Source of the DNA: the human T2T-CHM13v2.0 reference genome, Homo sapiens
Direction: 5' to 3' (one strand)
Assembly: GCF_009914755.1 (NCBI RefSeq)
Contig: NC_060931.1
Length of the DNA: 64,000 nt
The position numbers were made by a program, and so were the translations under genes. Shown in pieces: positions 25,247-43,443 of the stretch. The notes beneath the pieces were generated by a model. It was not told the DNA's origin and made no database searches. It saw only the letters and a program-made list of their open reading frames with translations. Position 1 is the first letter of the stretch. Every line of letters begins with the position of its first letter.

Positions 25247-26040
25247 GTTAAATTAGAGGGTAAAAATGTTGTGTCCTTCTCAGAAAGTGAAGAAAAGTTC
25301 TAAGTGTAGTGAAAACTTATGCATGAATGACTATCTTAACCCACTGATTACAGAGAGTCTTTGATTTGTACTCGCTAAAAGAGTCCTAAATTGAGTTTCC
25401 CAGCTAGTGAGTCACAGTTTTCAAGACTGTTTGCTAGATTAAAGTCTATAAACTTGGCCAGCCTGAAAACTCAATTACAAGATTTAAGCTACTCTGCCTA
25501 TGGCTTTAAGCACATGGTTAAAGTTTATTATTTAAGTCTCTGCTTCTAGAGATGCTTTCAGGTTTTCTTTTTAAACTTCTTGTTACTTATTTCAGCTTGC
25601 CATCTTAATGATTAATGAAGTCAATTGCTAAGTTATGACCCTGATATCATCAGGATTCCTTTAAGTAAAAGGCAATTTGGAGCAGCATTGCACTCCCCAA
25701 TACTTAATGCTTTAACACTGTTTACTGACAGGTCTGGTAAAGATGGAAAAGCGGCTGTCTAGTAGAGACCACATAATTCAATCACTCGATCTGAGTTTAC
25801 TAGCCCCAGAGAGCTAAGGTTACTCTGTTTATTTATTAAAGAACTTTTACAACCTTAAACTCACTCTGGACTTTCCAGTCTTATGTTGGGGGTTACAAGT
25901 GGCGCCCCGAACAGCAACAGGATCGGGTGCTCTGCATTACCCTATGACACAGTTACCCTAAGACAGAGCCAAACCTATTTGGCTGCAGATCCCCACATTC
26001 CCCAACCAACTTTACCAAAAAACTATTTTTTAAAACTTCA

Positions 26041-26042
<2 letters not shown>

Positions 26043-26076
<34 letters not shown>
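26043..26076. repeat. (CT)n microsatellite
   Basis: Direct reading. Confidence 0.9.
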
Positions 26077-26079
<3 letters not shown>

Positions 26080-26289
26080 TATAGCTTAATTGGTCTCCAA
26101 AATTGGGAGGAGAGAAAAAAATATTCCTTATGGGACCTTGAAATCCCAAAAATATACCTCATGATCCTCCACCTCAAGGAATCAAGTCAAAATTTTTTAA
26201 GTATTACATTTTAGTCAATGACACCTGAGTTCCTCCAGAAAAGGGTTGTTTTTGGAAAATCCTGCGATAACCCAGCCAATTAGTTGTGA

Positions 26290-26563
<274 letters not shown>

Positions 26564-29500
26564 TACAAAGAGATTTTTAAAGGCTTAAGCTAGGGAGAGT
26601 TTTTTTTAGGCAAGTCAGAGGAGACTTCCCTAAAGAATGTGCTAAAACCTGAAGGTTGACGAGTTTCACCAGGTGCCAGTGGGCAAGGGATGGGGAGAGC
26701 AGTCCAGGTAGAGGGACTAGCATGTGCAGAAGCCTTGCGTACAGCCACATCTGAGGCCAGCACTTTCCCTGAATGTAACAGGTACCTTAAATTCTCTAAA
26801 CCCAGCTTTTCTTTTCTTTTTTTTTTTTTTTTTTTTTTTTTTTTAGTTGTGGAATAAGAATGAGCTACTAAGAAACAGGAAACTCTTGAAACCACCCGGT
26901 CCCAGCACTGCCTGTGTGGCTACCTGCCCGTGGGTCAGTGGCCCCCCTCCAGCGATGGATCCAGAAGCAAGCCCAAGCAGCTACCTAGTTCTCTTGGACT
27001 GGGGGCTGTCTCTGGTACTCTCTCTACTGGCAGGATGCTGCCAACCCAATGTGCATGGGTTTAATTGCAATGGAGTAATAGTCCTGGGGAGATGTCCCTT
27101 AACTGTAGCCCTATCACAAGGTATCTGCCTGTAGCCCCATGGTGGATGTCTGTCTGCAGCCCCATTGCAGGGTGTCTGGATTGATGAGTATCCTAGGCAC
27201 TGCCAACGCTGACTTCCTTCTCCTGACTGGTTCTGTAGCCCTGTGGTGGGGTGTCTGTAGCCCCATTGTGGGGCATCTGTTTGTGGCTCCACCATGGGGT
27301 CTCTGTGTCTGTAGCCCCACTGAGGGGTGTCTGTTCAGCTCCTGTGAGGGTCTCAGTTGGCTCTTTCTAACTAGTAGGAAGAGTCCTGGTTCAGGAGACT
27401 TCTCCTCAATCAGGAAGATTTCAAGGAGGTTTCTCAGATGGAGAATAGGAGGACAGTTTGGAAGGGATACTCTCGGAGTTCTTGGTTAGGGATCTGATTT
27501 GGAAGGCCTTCTGTCCATCTCATCTTTGTGTGTGTTTGTACATGTGAAAGGGATCTCAGAAGGGGTTGCTGATGGAAGTCCAGCAGGCCCAACTCAGAGA
27601 ACCCTCCTTATTTGTCTGGTCACATTCAATGAGCCCTAAAGGAGGCTCAACAAGGTGACTATCTCTTCTTTGCCTTGCCCAGAGACCCCAACTGTGAATT
27701 ACCATTCGGAGGTCGTCCCTCCCCACCTAGAGTGGATCAAAGACAACAGGGACCAACGGGAAGAAGTTTGAGCTTTGCTAGGTTGATTATGGGTGCTGAA
27801 CGAGGTAACTAATGTCTGTTTTGTTATGTATATTTTGCTGGGTTGGAAAATGTTAATTCGGCTCCCCATGCAGCCCATTGGGCAGCATCTTGCAAATTAA
27901 GAATATTGTCTATGGTTTCATAAAACAATAAAGGGTGATTTTCTCTTGTAAAGTGGCTTGAAACCCACATCTATAGCACAAGCAAGCAGGGGCATCAGAA
28001 GCCACTCCGTTCTTCTGGAAGCTGCAGAGAAAGGGAACCCGGAAACCTGATATGCCAGCAAAAAGGGTAAGAAATTCTTATTAGCCAAGTTTCTGGTCTC
28101 TCTCTCTCTTTCTCTGTCTTGGTAAATAGTAAACTGTCTCCTCTGCGAGGGTTTGATTAGTAGAAAAAAGGATTTGCGAGACTAGTCTTAGGCTGTAGCA
28201 AATCTGGTGTAGTTTGTGCTAAGAATTTGTCCTTCTGTATTCTGCAATGGAGAAAGGGGTATCACAGGATAGAACGTGGGTTTAGGACCCCATAAGCCTG
28301 CTTTTCAAGCCAGCTCAGCAGGCTGGTCAGTTACAAACTTTGCTACGGGTTCCTGAAGCCAATACTGTATGAAATTTCTCTGTCTTGTTCTGTGTGCTTA
28401 AGAGCTTAACCTTGTGACAATGTGGAGATACTTTCTTTTGGTTTCCACCATCCAGAAGACAGGAATTTTGGGGTTCATATCATAGTCCTAAAAATTTTTC
28501 TTGAACAGTTAAAAGTCTTGCAAATTTGAAATTGGCTTCTTTAGGCTCCTTCTGGGGAAAGCTAGAAACTGCTCAATGCTGGATAGCTCAGTAGCTAAGG
28601 CATTATCTTTTGACAGTGGTGGCCTGGGTTCAATTGTTGGCGTCTGGAATGATTCCTTTCTGGTTTGTTATTTCTGTAACTTTGCCATTTATTGAGGTTC
28701 TCCCCCCCTCCCCCCCCCCCGATTGATAGCTTCTAATTTCCTCTCTTGAATTTTCCTTTCTCTGAGCTACTTTGTGGAGATTCTAAATCTTGTAAAAAAG
28801 AAACTGCCTACCATGTCTTTGAAGCACCTAGGAGTTTACCTCTGGTAAAGCTCAGAAACTAGAAATATTGGCTGCTTGGCATGGCTAAAGTTGGGTAATA
28901 AGAGATCTGAACGGATTTCTTTTTTAAAGAGCACTATGGTTAAAATTCAGCTTAATTAAAAGTGGATAAACAAGCTATAGATATATTTTAAAGTCCTTTA
29001 ACTTTTTCTCTTCTCGGACCTTGTTTTTCTGGAAAAAGGTTTTTTTCTTCTCAGTCAACTGAATTATTTTCCTCCGATTTTTTTTTTTTTTTTGTCTTGC
29101 CACTCTTCATGCACACATGAGAGGCTCTGAGATAACTTCTGGTAGCCTGGGACTCATTGGGAAAAACAGAGGAAGTACCACAGACCCCGTTTTGGGGAAA
29201 AACCTCTGTTTTCCTTATAAAACTCCAGGAATTAAAAGTGGATAGCTCCCTCTCAAAATCAAAGGCTCTGTTCTGTTTTACATTGTGTTATCTGACGGTT
29301 TTGAGTTTTGGGGGTATCAGAAATTACTTTGCATTATGAGAGAGCTTTGGTGTGTAACCACTAGGTAGGAAATACACTTTAAGGGATGGCTAATAGTACT
29401 TATGGAGGGATACTTGACTCTTTGCACACTTGGATCAGGGAAGCATGCTCTTGGCCACCTGGAAGATAAGGGAATATCCTCACCCCACACTGGGAGATGA

Positions 29501-30210
29501 AACTCCCATGAAGGATGGGCTAATTACAAAATGGGCTGATTAGCTTTGGGTTACCTGCAGCGAAATGCAGAGCAGAAGCACTGCACTGTCTTCTCCTTTT
29601 GGGGATCCAGTATAAAATGGCACCCTTAATTTTGGGGCTCTGTCTTTGCCTTCAGCTGCTTATTTGCTGCTTATTTGGCCCTAGAAATGGATGCTTTCCT
29701 GGTCCTGTTCCTCCAAGGGCTCCAGCCTGAAGCCAGTAATCCAATTAAGAAACTGGCAAATGAAAAATCTTACAAGTGCTGAATCTTCTGTCTGTCTGTA
29801 TTTATATGTGTTGCATGTGTGTGTGTGTTTACATATAAAAGAGCTCTGATTACTTGGCTTAGAAAAATAAGTGCCCGGCCGAGCGCAGTGGCTCACATCT
29901 GTAATCTCAGCACTTTCGGAGCCTGAGGTGGGCAGATCACGAGGTCAGGAGTTCAAGAATCTATTTTGTGACATCCAGTGTTTTAAACCTTTGATATTTG
30001 ACAAATTTTCCAAAATCAAATTATAAATTATGTCTCTTCCTAACCTAATATTTTAGATATTAGGTCCTCTAAAACCCAAAAATGACTGTGTGCCACAGAG
30101 GTAAATTTCCTTGTCAATTGTGCCTTTAACTGTGGCTGCCCTAAAATGTTTTTGTCATCTGCCGATAATTGTTGTCTCACTTTGCTCCTCTTTAAAAGGT
30201 AATTTTATAA

Positions 30211-30558
<348 letters not shown>

Positions 30559-30932
30559 TAAATCCAGTTTTCTGATTAATAACTAGGAGATTGTGACATT
30601 AGAATAGAAAAAAAAACTTTCAAATAGAAGAGTGAATAGTGTTTGGTTTTCTTTGGACTGTATTTGTATAAATATGTTATTGGTATGTGTTCCAAAATTA
30701 TGAGAAACTTCTATAATGTTGATATAATTTAGTGTACTTTATCAATAATTATAATTGTTATGTAAAATTGTTGTATGCCACAGAAGTAACCAAAATTCCT
30801 AGTCAACTGTAGCTATAGACTTTTGTCATCCACAGACATTTTGTCTTGCTTTAGTCCTTTTCAAAAGGTAGTTTATAATCAGATACAGGACTCTGAGTTC
30901 AGGTCTCAGATAACTTTAAAAACTGTGCTATT

Positions 30933-31232
30933 GGTCAGGTGTGGTGGCTTATGCCTGTAATCCCAACACTTTGGAAGGCCAAGACAGGCAGATCACTTGA
31001 GGTCAGGAGTTCAAGACCAGCCTGGCCAACATGGTGAAACCCCATCTCTACTAAAAATATGAAAATTAGTTGGGCGTGGTGGCACACACCTGTAATCCCA
31101 GCTACTCAGGAGGCTGAAGGAGGGGAATTGCTTGAACCTGGGAGGTGGAGGTTGCAGTGAGCCAAGATCATGCCACTGCACTTCCAGCCTGGGTGACAGA
31201 GCAAGACTCTGTCTCAGAAAAAAAAAAAAAAA
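30933..31232 (+). mobile_element. Alu
   Basis: Full Alu with tgtgctattgg repeated on both sides. Confidence 0.9.
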
Positions 31233-32456
31233 TGTGCTATTGGCATAGAGGAAAAAAACCAAACTTCTAGGACTCTCATGGAGAGCTAATGTGTTAAACA
31301 TTGCTAAACCTTTTGTGTTCAGTCAAGATAACTTATTTCTTTAGAGCTATTTGCAACTTTTAACAAATGAGTAAAATATACTCCTGTGAACAAAACTTGG
31401 AGCATATTTGTTCCTCTCTGCCTGATTTCTCCAGAATTTGGAAACTATTTGTGAGTATTCTCAACTTACAGAGGTATAGTTAATTGCATAAGTGCAATAA
31501 GAATCTGTTTTCTTTTGTAACAGGACACAACTGGAGAAATTGGTTATTTTACCAAGGCTTTGACTTGAATGGCATGCTTCCTTTAAAGAATCAAAGTGGA
31601 CTTTTAGAGCCAATTAAAGCCCATTGGGGCATCTGGCCTTATACCTTGTCCACACAGGGTGCCTGTACAAGGTTTCTGATCTGTGGTAAGTAAAGAATGT
31701 CATTTTCTAACAGGCCCAGGAACACCAAGTTATCTTGGGACCTCAAGAGGAGAGGAATTCACCCAACTCATAGGTATTTGAGGGTACAAATCCATGGCTG
31801 GGGTTGGCCTTTAAAAAGTCTTATCTGAGATTCTTCATGGAAGAGAGTTCTATCAAAGCCAATTTTAAAAGCCTAATTGAAAAATAATTATTCTTGCTGC
31901 ACCTTATGCAAATAATCAGGCCAAGTACAGTTAAGACTGAAGTTTATTTTGTAAGCAAATCAGTTCTATCATGATTGTTTTTAATAAAAATGGGCACTGG
32001 AGAGAGAAAAATTGTGCTTCAAAAGAAAAACTATAGTACACTGTTGTTAGCTGTTCTTGAGGTTTTTTCTGCAGTTTAGACTAAATTCTAAATTATTTAT
32101 GGGTTAGAAGTCTCCAAACTAATGCTTTCAAATCTTTGCTTTTAAACTTGGGAATTGTACTCCTCATCCTAGGACTCATTATTTACCTTATAGTATGCTG
32201 TTCACATAAATACTGTACTAAAACTATAGATGAGAATACTAATGTTTTTACCTTGCAAGCCTTGGAAGCTCAACCATGCCTGCATGAGTATGCTCAGACA
32301 ATTGCAAAGCAGTTCCACTCTTCCCACCTTGGGGTTCACTCTCATTCCCACTATGTCCCCTTTCAGCAGGAAGAAGCCAAAGTGATCAACAGCCTTTTCC
32401 CATCTTCATAGCCTACACCTTAAGATTGAGGTATTATAAAACCCAAAGGGAGGGAT

Positions 32457-33199
32457 TGAAACTACCTTTGCAAAAGTATGGCTGAGACAGTGAAAGGGAT
32501 CTAACTTAACTGACTCCATCTTGCTTCTAACCTCCAAGTTGTCCTTGTTCATTCCTGGGCATAGGCTGAACTAACTTTGGGAGAAACTTAGTTTATAGTT
32601 TAAACAAAGATGGTAACAGCCCTTTCCCAAAGCAGACCTCCTTCTTCCCTGGGGACTAGATTGCCTTCGTAGGACTAACATTAGCCACAAGATTAGAAAT
32701 TATGGTTTAGGAGTCATGAAGCTGGAGGCTACAAAATTCTGACCCTCCCTAAACTGCTCCTAAGATCAGGGCTTGAGATATTTTGCAGACCCTGTACTTG
32801 ATGGATCAGCTGGCATCACTCAGATCAATAAACTGGCTCACCTGATCTTGTGGCCCCCGACCCAGGAACTGACTCATCACAAGCAGACAGCTTTGACTCC
32901 CTATGATTTCATCCCTGACCAATCAGCACTCCTGGCTCACTGGCTTCCCCCCACCCACCAAGTTATCCTTAAAAACTCTGCTCCCCAGGCCAGGTGCAGT
33001 GGCTCATGCCTGTAATCCTAGCACTTTGGGAGGCCAAGGTGGGCGAATGCTGGGGGAGACTGATTTGAGTAATAATAAAACTCCAGTCTCCCCCATGGCC
33101 GGGCCTGTGTGAATTACTCTTTCTCTATTATAATTCCCTGTCTTGATGAATTGGCTCTTGTCTAGGCAGTGGGTAAGGTGAACCCCTTGGGCAGTTACA
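32457..33199 (+). mobile_element. LTR8 (3' LTR)
   Basis: TGAAACTACCTTTGCAAAA...GGGCAGTTACA after a PPT, matching recalled LTR8. Confidence 0.8.
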
Positions 33200-33294
33200 G
33201 TCTCTTTTGCTGACTTCTAGAAATTATATTAACTACCATTTATTAAGCAAGCTTTATGTTCCAGGCAAGGTGCTAAGAGTTTTACAGACCATAT

Positions 33295-34357
<1,063 letters not shown>

Positions 34358-34705
34358 TACAATATGTTATGAACAGTGTTATTTTAGTGAATGGAAGTAA
34401 TGTATGTAGTGAAGCGTCTGAAGACACATGTTTAAATAATGTTTCAGATCTTATGGACAGCTGCAAACCATGTCATTCAGAATACACAATCTTCTCAAGT
34501 GCACATGGAACATTCTCCAAGATAGAGTATATATCAGGTCACAAAATAAGTCATAACAAATTAAGAAAACTGAAATCATAACAAGTATCTTTTCTGATCA
34601 CAATGGTATAAAACTAGAAATCAATAATAGGAGTAATTTCAGAAAATTCACAAATATGTAGAATTTAAACAACATGCTCCTATACAACCAATGGGTCAAA
34701 GAATT

Positions 34706-35584
34706 ATTTTTTTTTTTGAGATGGGGTCTCACTCCGTCACTCATACTGGAGTGCAGTGACATGATAGTGAGATGAGAAGTCTTCTTCCGATCAAAGGTTT
34801 TTCTTGATCGAAGAGTTTGTGGTCTCATGGGCTTCAAGGAATGAAGCTGTGGACCACAGTGGCAAGTGTTACAGCTCAATTAGAGAAACGTGTGGACCCA
34901 AAGAGTGTGTGGCAGCAAGATTTATTAAAGCGAAAGTGAATGTAAAGCAAAAGTGAAAGTAAAGCTTCCACGTGGTGGAAGGGGACCTGGAAGGGTTGCC
35001 CTGGCTTGAGTGTCTTATGCTTATATGCCCTTATGACTCCTTCCCTTTTCCTTTTCCTTTTCCTGTCCTATAGGATTAGCTTATTTTCTATCCGCTTGTG
35101 GGTTGGTGGGCCTGATTGGTTAAAAACATCACGCTGCAGCTAGAGCTTAAACTCCCTATATGATTGGTTGAAGTTTCAATCCCTTAGCTTGCAGCTATGA
35201 CTCATTTTGGCTTAGGAGAAAGTCCCCTTTGATTGGTTGAAGTTTCAATCCCTTAGCTTGCAGCTATGACTCATTTTGGCTTAGGGAAAAGTCCCCTTAG
35301 GGAAGTCCCTATTGACCCAGGAAGTCCAGCCAACTTAGCCACTTAGTCGCTCAATAGCTCACCACAACCTCAACCTCCTGGGTCCAAGTGATCCCCCCAC
35401 CTCAGCCTCCCCAGTAGCTTGGGACTACAGGCTCATACCACCACATCTGGCTTTTTGTATTTTTTGTAGAGAAGGGGTTTCACCATGTTGCCCAGGCTGG
35501 TCTCAAACTTCTGGGCTTAAGCAATCTGCCTGCCTTGGCCTCCCAAAGTGCTGGGATTACCGGTGTGTGCCACTGTGCCCAGCC
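34706..35584 (-). mobile_element. AluJ-like element interrupted by an LTR
   Basis: Alu halves at 34706-34767 and 35354-35584 rejoin seamlessly when the LTR is removed. Confidence 0.85.
34768..35353 (-). mobile_element. Solo LTR of the ERV9/LTR12-related group
   Basis: TG...CA ends and exact TSD ATAG. LTR12-like gacccaaagagt...gcagcaagatttatt segment, AATAAA on the minus strand, multiple CCAAT boxes. Confidence 0.75.
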
Positions 35585-35612
35585 TCAAAGAAGAAATTTA
35601 AAAATCTTTTGA

Positions 35613-36161
<549 letters not shown>

Positions 36162-36451
36162 TTACAAAGTTTGTTGTGAACCGTGTAACTTCCATGTAAG
36201 GAAGTAATGAATGTAGTGAAGTGTTTGTAGTCATGTTAAACAGGCTTCTGAAATGTTATTTATATACTATTTTAAAAAGACGTTTCCACAAATGTTACTT
36301 ATGCAGTGTGTTGTGAAAAGTATTACTTTGGTGAAGGAACGTGGTTACCATACTGAAATTGATGTAAAATATTGGTCCAAACTCCTGACATTCCCTGAAA
36401 AGATTTATGGGAATTTCTTTGCTCTCAAGAGATTAATAAGAAATGGAATGA

Positions 36452-36770
36452 AGCCGGGCACAGTGGCTCATGCCTGCAATCCCAGCACTTTGGGAGGCTG
36501 AGGTAGGCAGATCATTTGAGGTCAGGAGTTCAAGACCAGCCTGGCCAACATGGTGAAATCCCATCTCTGCTAAAGATACAAAAATTAGCCAGGCGTGGTG
36601 GCAGGCGCCTGTACTCCCAGCTACTCAGGAGGCTGAGAAAGGAGAATAGCCTGAATCCAGCCAGAAGATGTTGCAGTGAGCCAAGGTCAAACCACTGCAC
36701 TCCAGCCTGGGCAACAGAGTGAGACTGTGTCTCAAAAAAACAAAAACAAAAAAATAAAAATAAAGAAAAA
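36452..36770 (+). mobile_element. Alu
   Basis: Full Alu with aagaaatggaatga TSD. Confidence 0.9.
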
Positions 36771-37444
36771 GAAATGGAATGAGATCCTAAACTCTAAAGC
36801 CATGCCAAAACAACCTTCCTTTGAGGATTCCAGCTGACTATATTATGGCTCATTCTCATGCACATTTTGAAACAGATGGGCAAATTCTATCAAGGAAAGT
36901 TCAGAGCTCAGATGGTCACTAAGAAAACTACAACCAACTATGCGGTTAACAAGCAAAATCTTCGAAGTTCTCTATCTCTCTATTTTATTTTTTTCCTGCC
37001 TACTTTCAATCTGCTGACTTTTCTGCTGGTGTTGAGATAAAAATCACTGCTTATGACATTTGAGCCAAGATTTTTTAAAAAAAGACTTAAAGCCATTTCA
37101 AATTAATGACTTTACAAATAACAGCTCCATGATAAACAACCTAGACACCTGAACTGTCCCTTTCGGAAATGTAAATTTAGGTTTGCCTGCCTAACAACTG
37201 TGTATGGTGACAAAACAGGTAATTGAAAGACTAATAGTCTAGAAGAATTACATAAATGTTTAGAAAAGTTAGGCTCTCAGATCAGACAGGTTAAAATCTT
37301 GAGCTCAGAGCCATAATGTAAGTATCAGTGTCTGGCATAAAAATTGCTTTATCTGCCACTCAAGGAGTTAGAAAAAAATTTTTAAATGCAGATAATCTTT
37401 TTCCCACCCACACTGGAGCAGGTGGTGAAGCAAAGTAGGTCTGA

Positions 37445-38812
<1,368 letters not shown>

Positions 38813-39229
38813 AAATCAATCAATCAATCAATCAACCACGTCAATACCGCGTCAGTAAAGCAGAGGTGACACCAAACTTCATTCCAGAGGCTAAGCCTGA
38901 CCCAAATCCAGTTCAGCCAAAGCTAGGAAACCAGTCTCCCTGGTAAGCCTCTGAATGTGATGTTAGTATTAAAAGGCTGCTGCGTGGTATTATACTAGCA
39001 GCCACTGTGTCTTAGCTGTTGAGAAGGACCTCCTGTGTGGTGGAAACCGGGGTTTTTTATTTCCAAAATTCCACATGAAGCCCTTCCTCTACTGGGGGTT
39101 CTGAAGACCAACTGCTCCTCAGTAGTCAGGACTGTGACAGGAAGGATTTTACTCACCACTGACGCAGCCTCAAGTTGTCTCAAAGTGAGGCGGTGTCCCC
39201 TTAGATCTGTGTTGAGGAAAATGAGGTTC

Positions 39230-39400
39230 TCCTCCTCACTGCGGGCCCGGCGCTGGCGGCCGCAGTAGGAGCACGGAGGCGGTGGGGGCTTCTCAGGGGT
39301 CCGACAAGGCGGCTCGCACGCCCCCTGCTGGTCATCTGGGGCAGCGCGGGGCCCTCGGCGCTCGCTCACTGTTTAGCGGTGGCCGCGTGCCCCCTCCTGG
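39230..39400. promoter_or_regulatory. Small CpG-rich element
   Basis: Abrupt GC/CpG enrichment in non-Alu sequence within a CpG-depleted background. Confidence 0.65.
39316..39334 (-). promoter_or_regulatory. CTCF-binding motif
   Basis: Minus strand reads TGACCAGCAGGGGGCGTGC, matching the CTCF core CCASYAGRKGGCR. Confidence 0.75.
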
Positions 39401-39606
39401 CTGTCTGGTTGAATTAATTAAATTCAGATTGTTCAATGCCATGATTACGGACGTTCAAAATAAAATGGGGCCCACTATCCTGTGTCTTTCTCAAAAATGT
39501 TAAAGAAATTATTAATCGGAACGAAATAAATGTAGATCCAAACTTTACAAGTTTCACAAAAATTCATTCAAAATAGTCCATTGACTTAAATTTAAAATAC
39601 AAAGCT

Positions 39607-39919
<313 letters not shown>

Positions 39920-39969
39920 CTAAAGTTACATTAAATCACATGGAAAGCAATGTCAAATGAGAACTATTT

Positions 39970-41220
<1,251 letters not shown>

Positions 41221-41829
41221 TTGCTGGTTCTTTAATGTTCTATTTTCTGGATTTAAAGAAACTTTTTCTCTTATGATAACTATATCCTATAACAATTTAG
41301 GAGACTATACTTTTATAAACAGAAATGAAATATTTATCTTTTTCTCCCTGCCTGATCCCTCCAGAATTTAGAAACTCTTATTGAATATTTTTAGTTTCAT
41401 GGCAATATAGTTATTTGCATAAATTCAATAAGAATCTCTTTACCTTATAACAGGACATAATTGAGAAAATTGGTAATGTCACAAATGCATTGACTGTAAT
41501 GTCCCAGTTGAGAATGATGTACATAGGATCAGATATGACCAGATAATTTTAAGGAACTAAGGTTGACTTTACAGAACCAATGTTCACCAAAACCTCTAGG
41601 TTACAAAACCCTCTGTGTGACAGGGAGCCTGATACCTGAATTACAGAGTTCCAAACCTAACAAGTGAGTAGAGATGGTCACTTCCTGAAAAGACCAGAAA
41701 ACAGGATATTTTGGGGTCAAGAAGAGGAGAATTCACCCAAATCTATAGTTACTGCAGGTGAAGTCTGGTGGTAGATCCTTGGCTTGGCTTCCTAGCCTCA
41801 AGAGGGCTTTTAAAAGTCCAACCTGATAG

Positions 41830-42051
<222 letters not shown>

Positions 42052-42486
42052 TAAATAATCAGGCAAACTCTAAGTCTGATCTAGACTTATTTTGCAAACA
42101 AGAATAATTTTACTTTGATTATATTTCATCAAAAATAAGGGTGACTGTACAAAAAATTTTATGTTTCAATGGAAAACGATAACTCACTCTTGAGATTTTA
42201 GAATCTCACAGGATCAGATTCTAATCCTGTTCATTGTCTTTGAGCTATTTTCACCTCTTTGAAAACTGGATCCTGCCATTTGGTGCATTATGTCCTACAA
42301 AGATACTTGCAGGAAAAGAAGCCAAGTATTGTCCCCTGCTAATGTGTCTATTGTCAGTTAACTTACAGATCTTCAACCACTGGAACAAAGTTAGAAGAGG
42401 CAAGTTTTGCTCTCAAAAATGCATGGGCAAATTGGGATATATTCATGTAATAGAATACTAATCAGCAATATAAAGAAACAAATTAG

Positions 42487-43252
<766 letters not shown>

Positions 43253-43443
43253 ATCATTCTTTAATAAAAGGAATCAGGGCTGTTTGAAGAAATGGCTGGT
43301 ACTAGGGCTGGGACAGTAAATATATGAGCTAGGATAATCTTGAACTATCAAAAAGTGTGGTCTTCAGACATTCAAAAAAGGATGAAAAATAACAAACAAA
43401 AAAAGTTAAAAAGTGTTCAGGAAAAAAAAATAGATGAAATTAA

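Larger units (their letters stand above)
8811..25936 (+). mobile_element. Deleted HERV-K(HML-6)-type provirus (LTR3/HERVK3-like) hosting nested insertions
   Basis: TG...CA ends and an exact 6-bp TSD TTACCC (8805-8810, 25937-25942). Lys-type PBS, betaretroviral gag remnants, and an RNase H remnant (LTLFTDRSGKDGKAAV, ~25710-25760). Its own internal sequence is only ~2.4 kb (9289-10479, 24176-24786, 25251-25890). Confidence 0.85.

Noticed and set aside
38976-39003. Small hairpin GGCTGC...GCAGCC as a possible miRNA or terminator
   Set aside because: The stem is too short and bulged; expected by chance.
38995-39369. 124-aa minus-strand ORF over the CpG-rich element
   Set aside because: Non-ATG start, no recognisable domain, and GC-rich DNA is naturally stop-poor.
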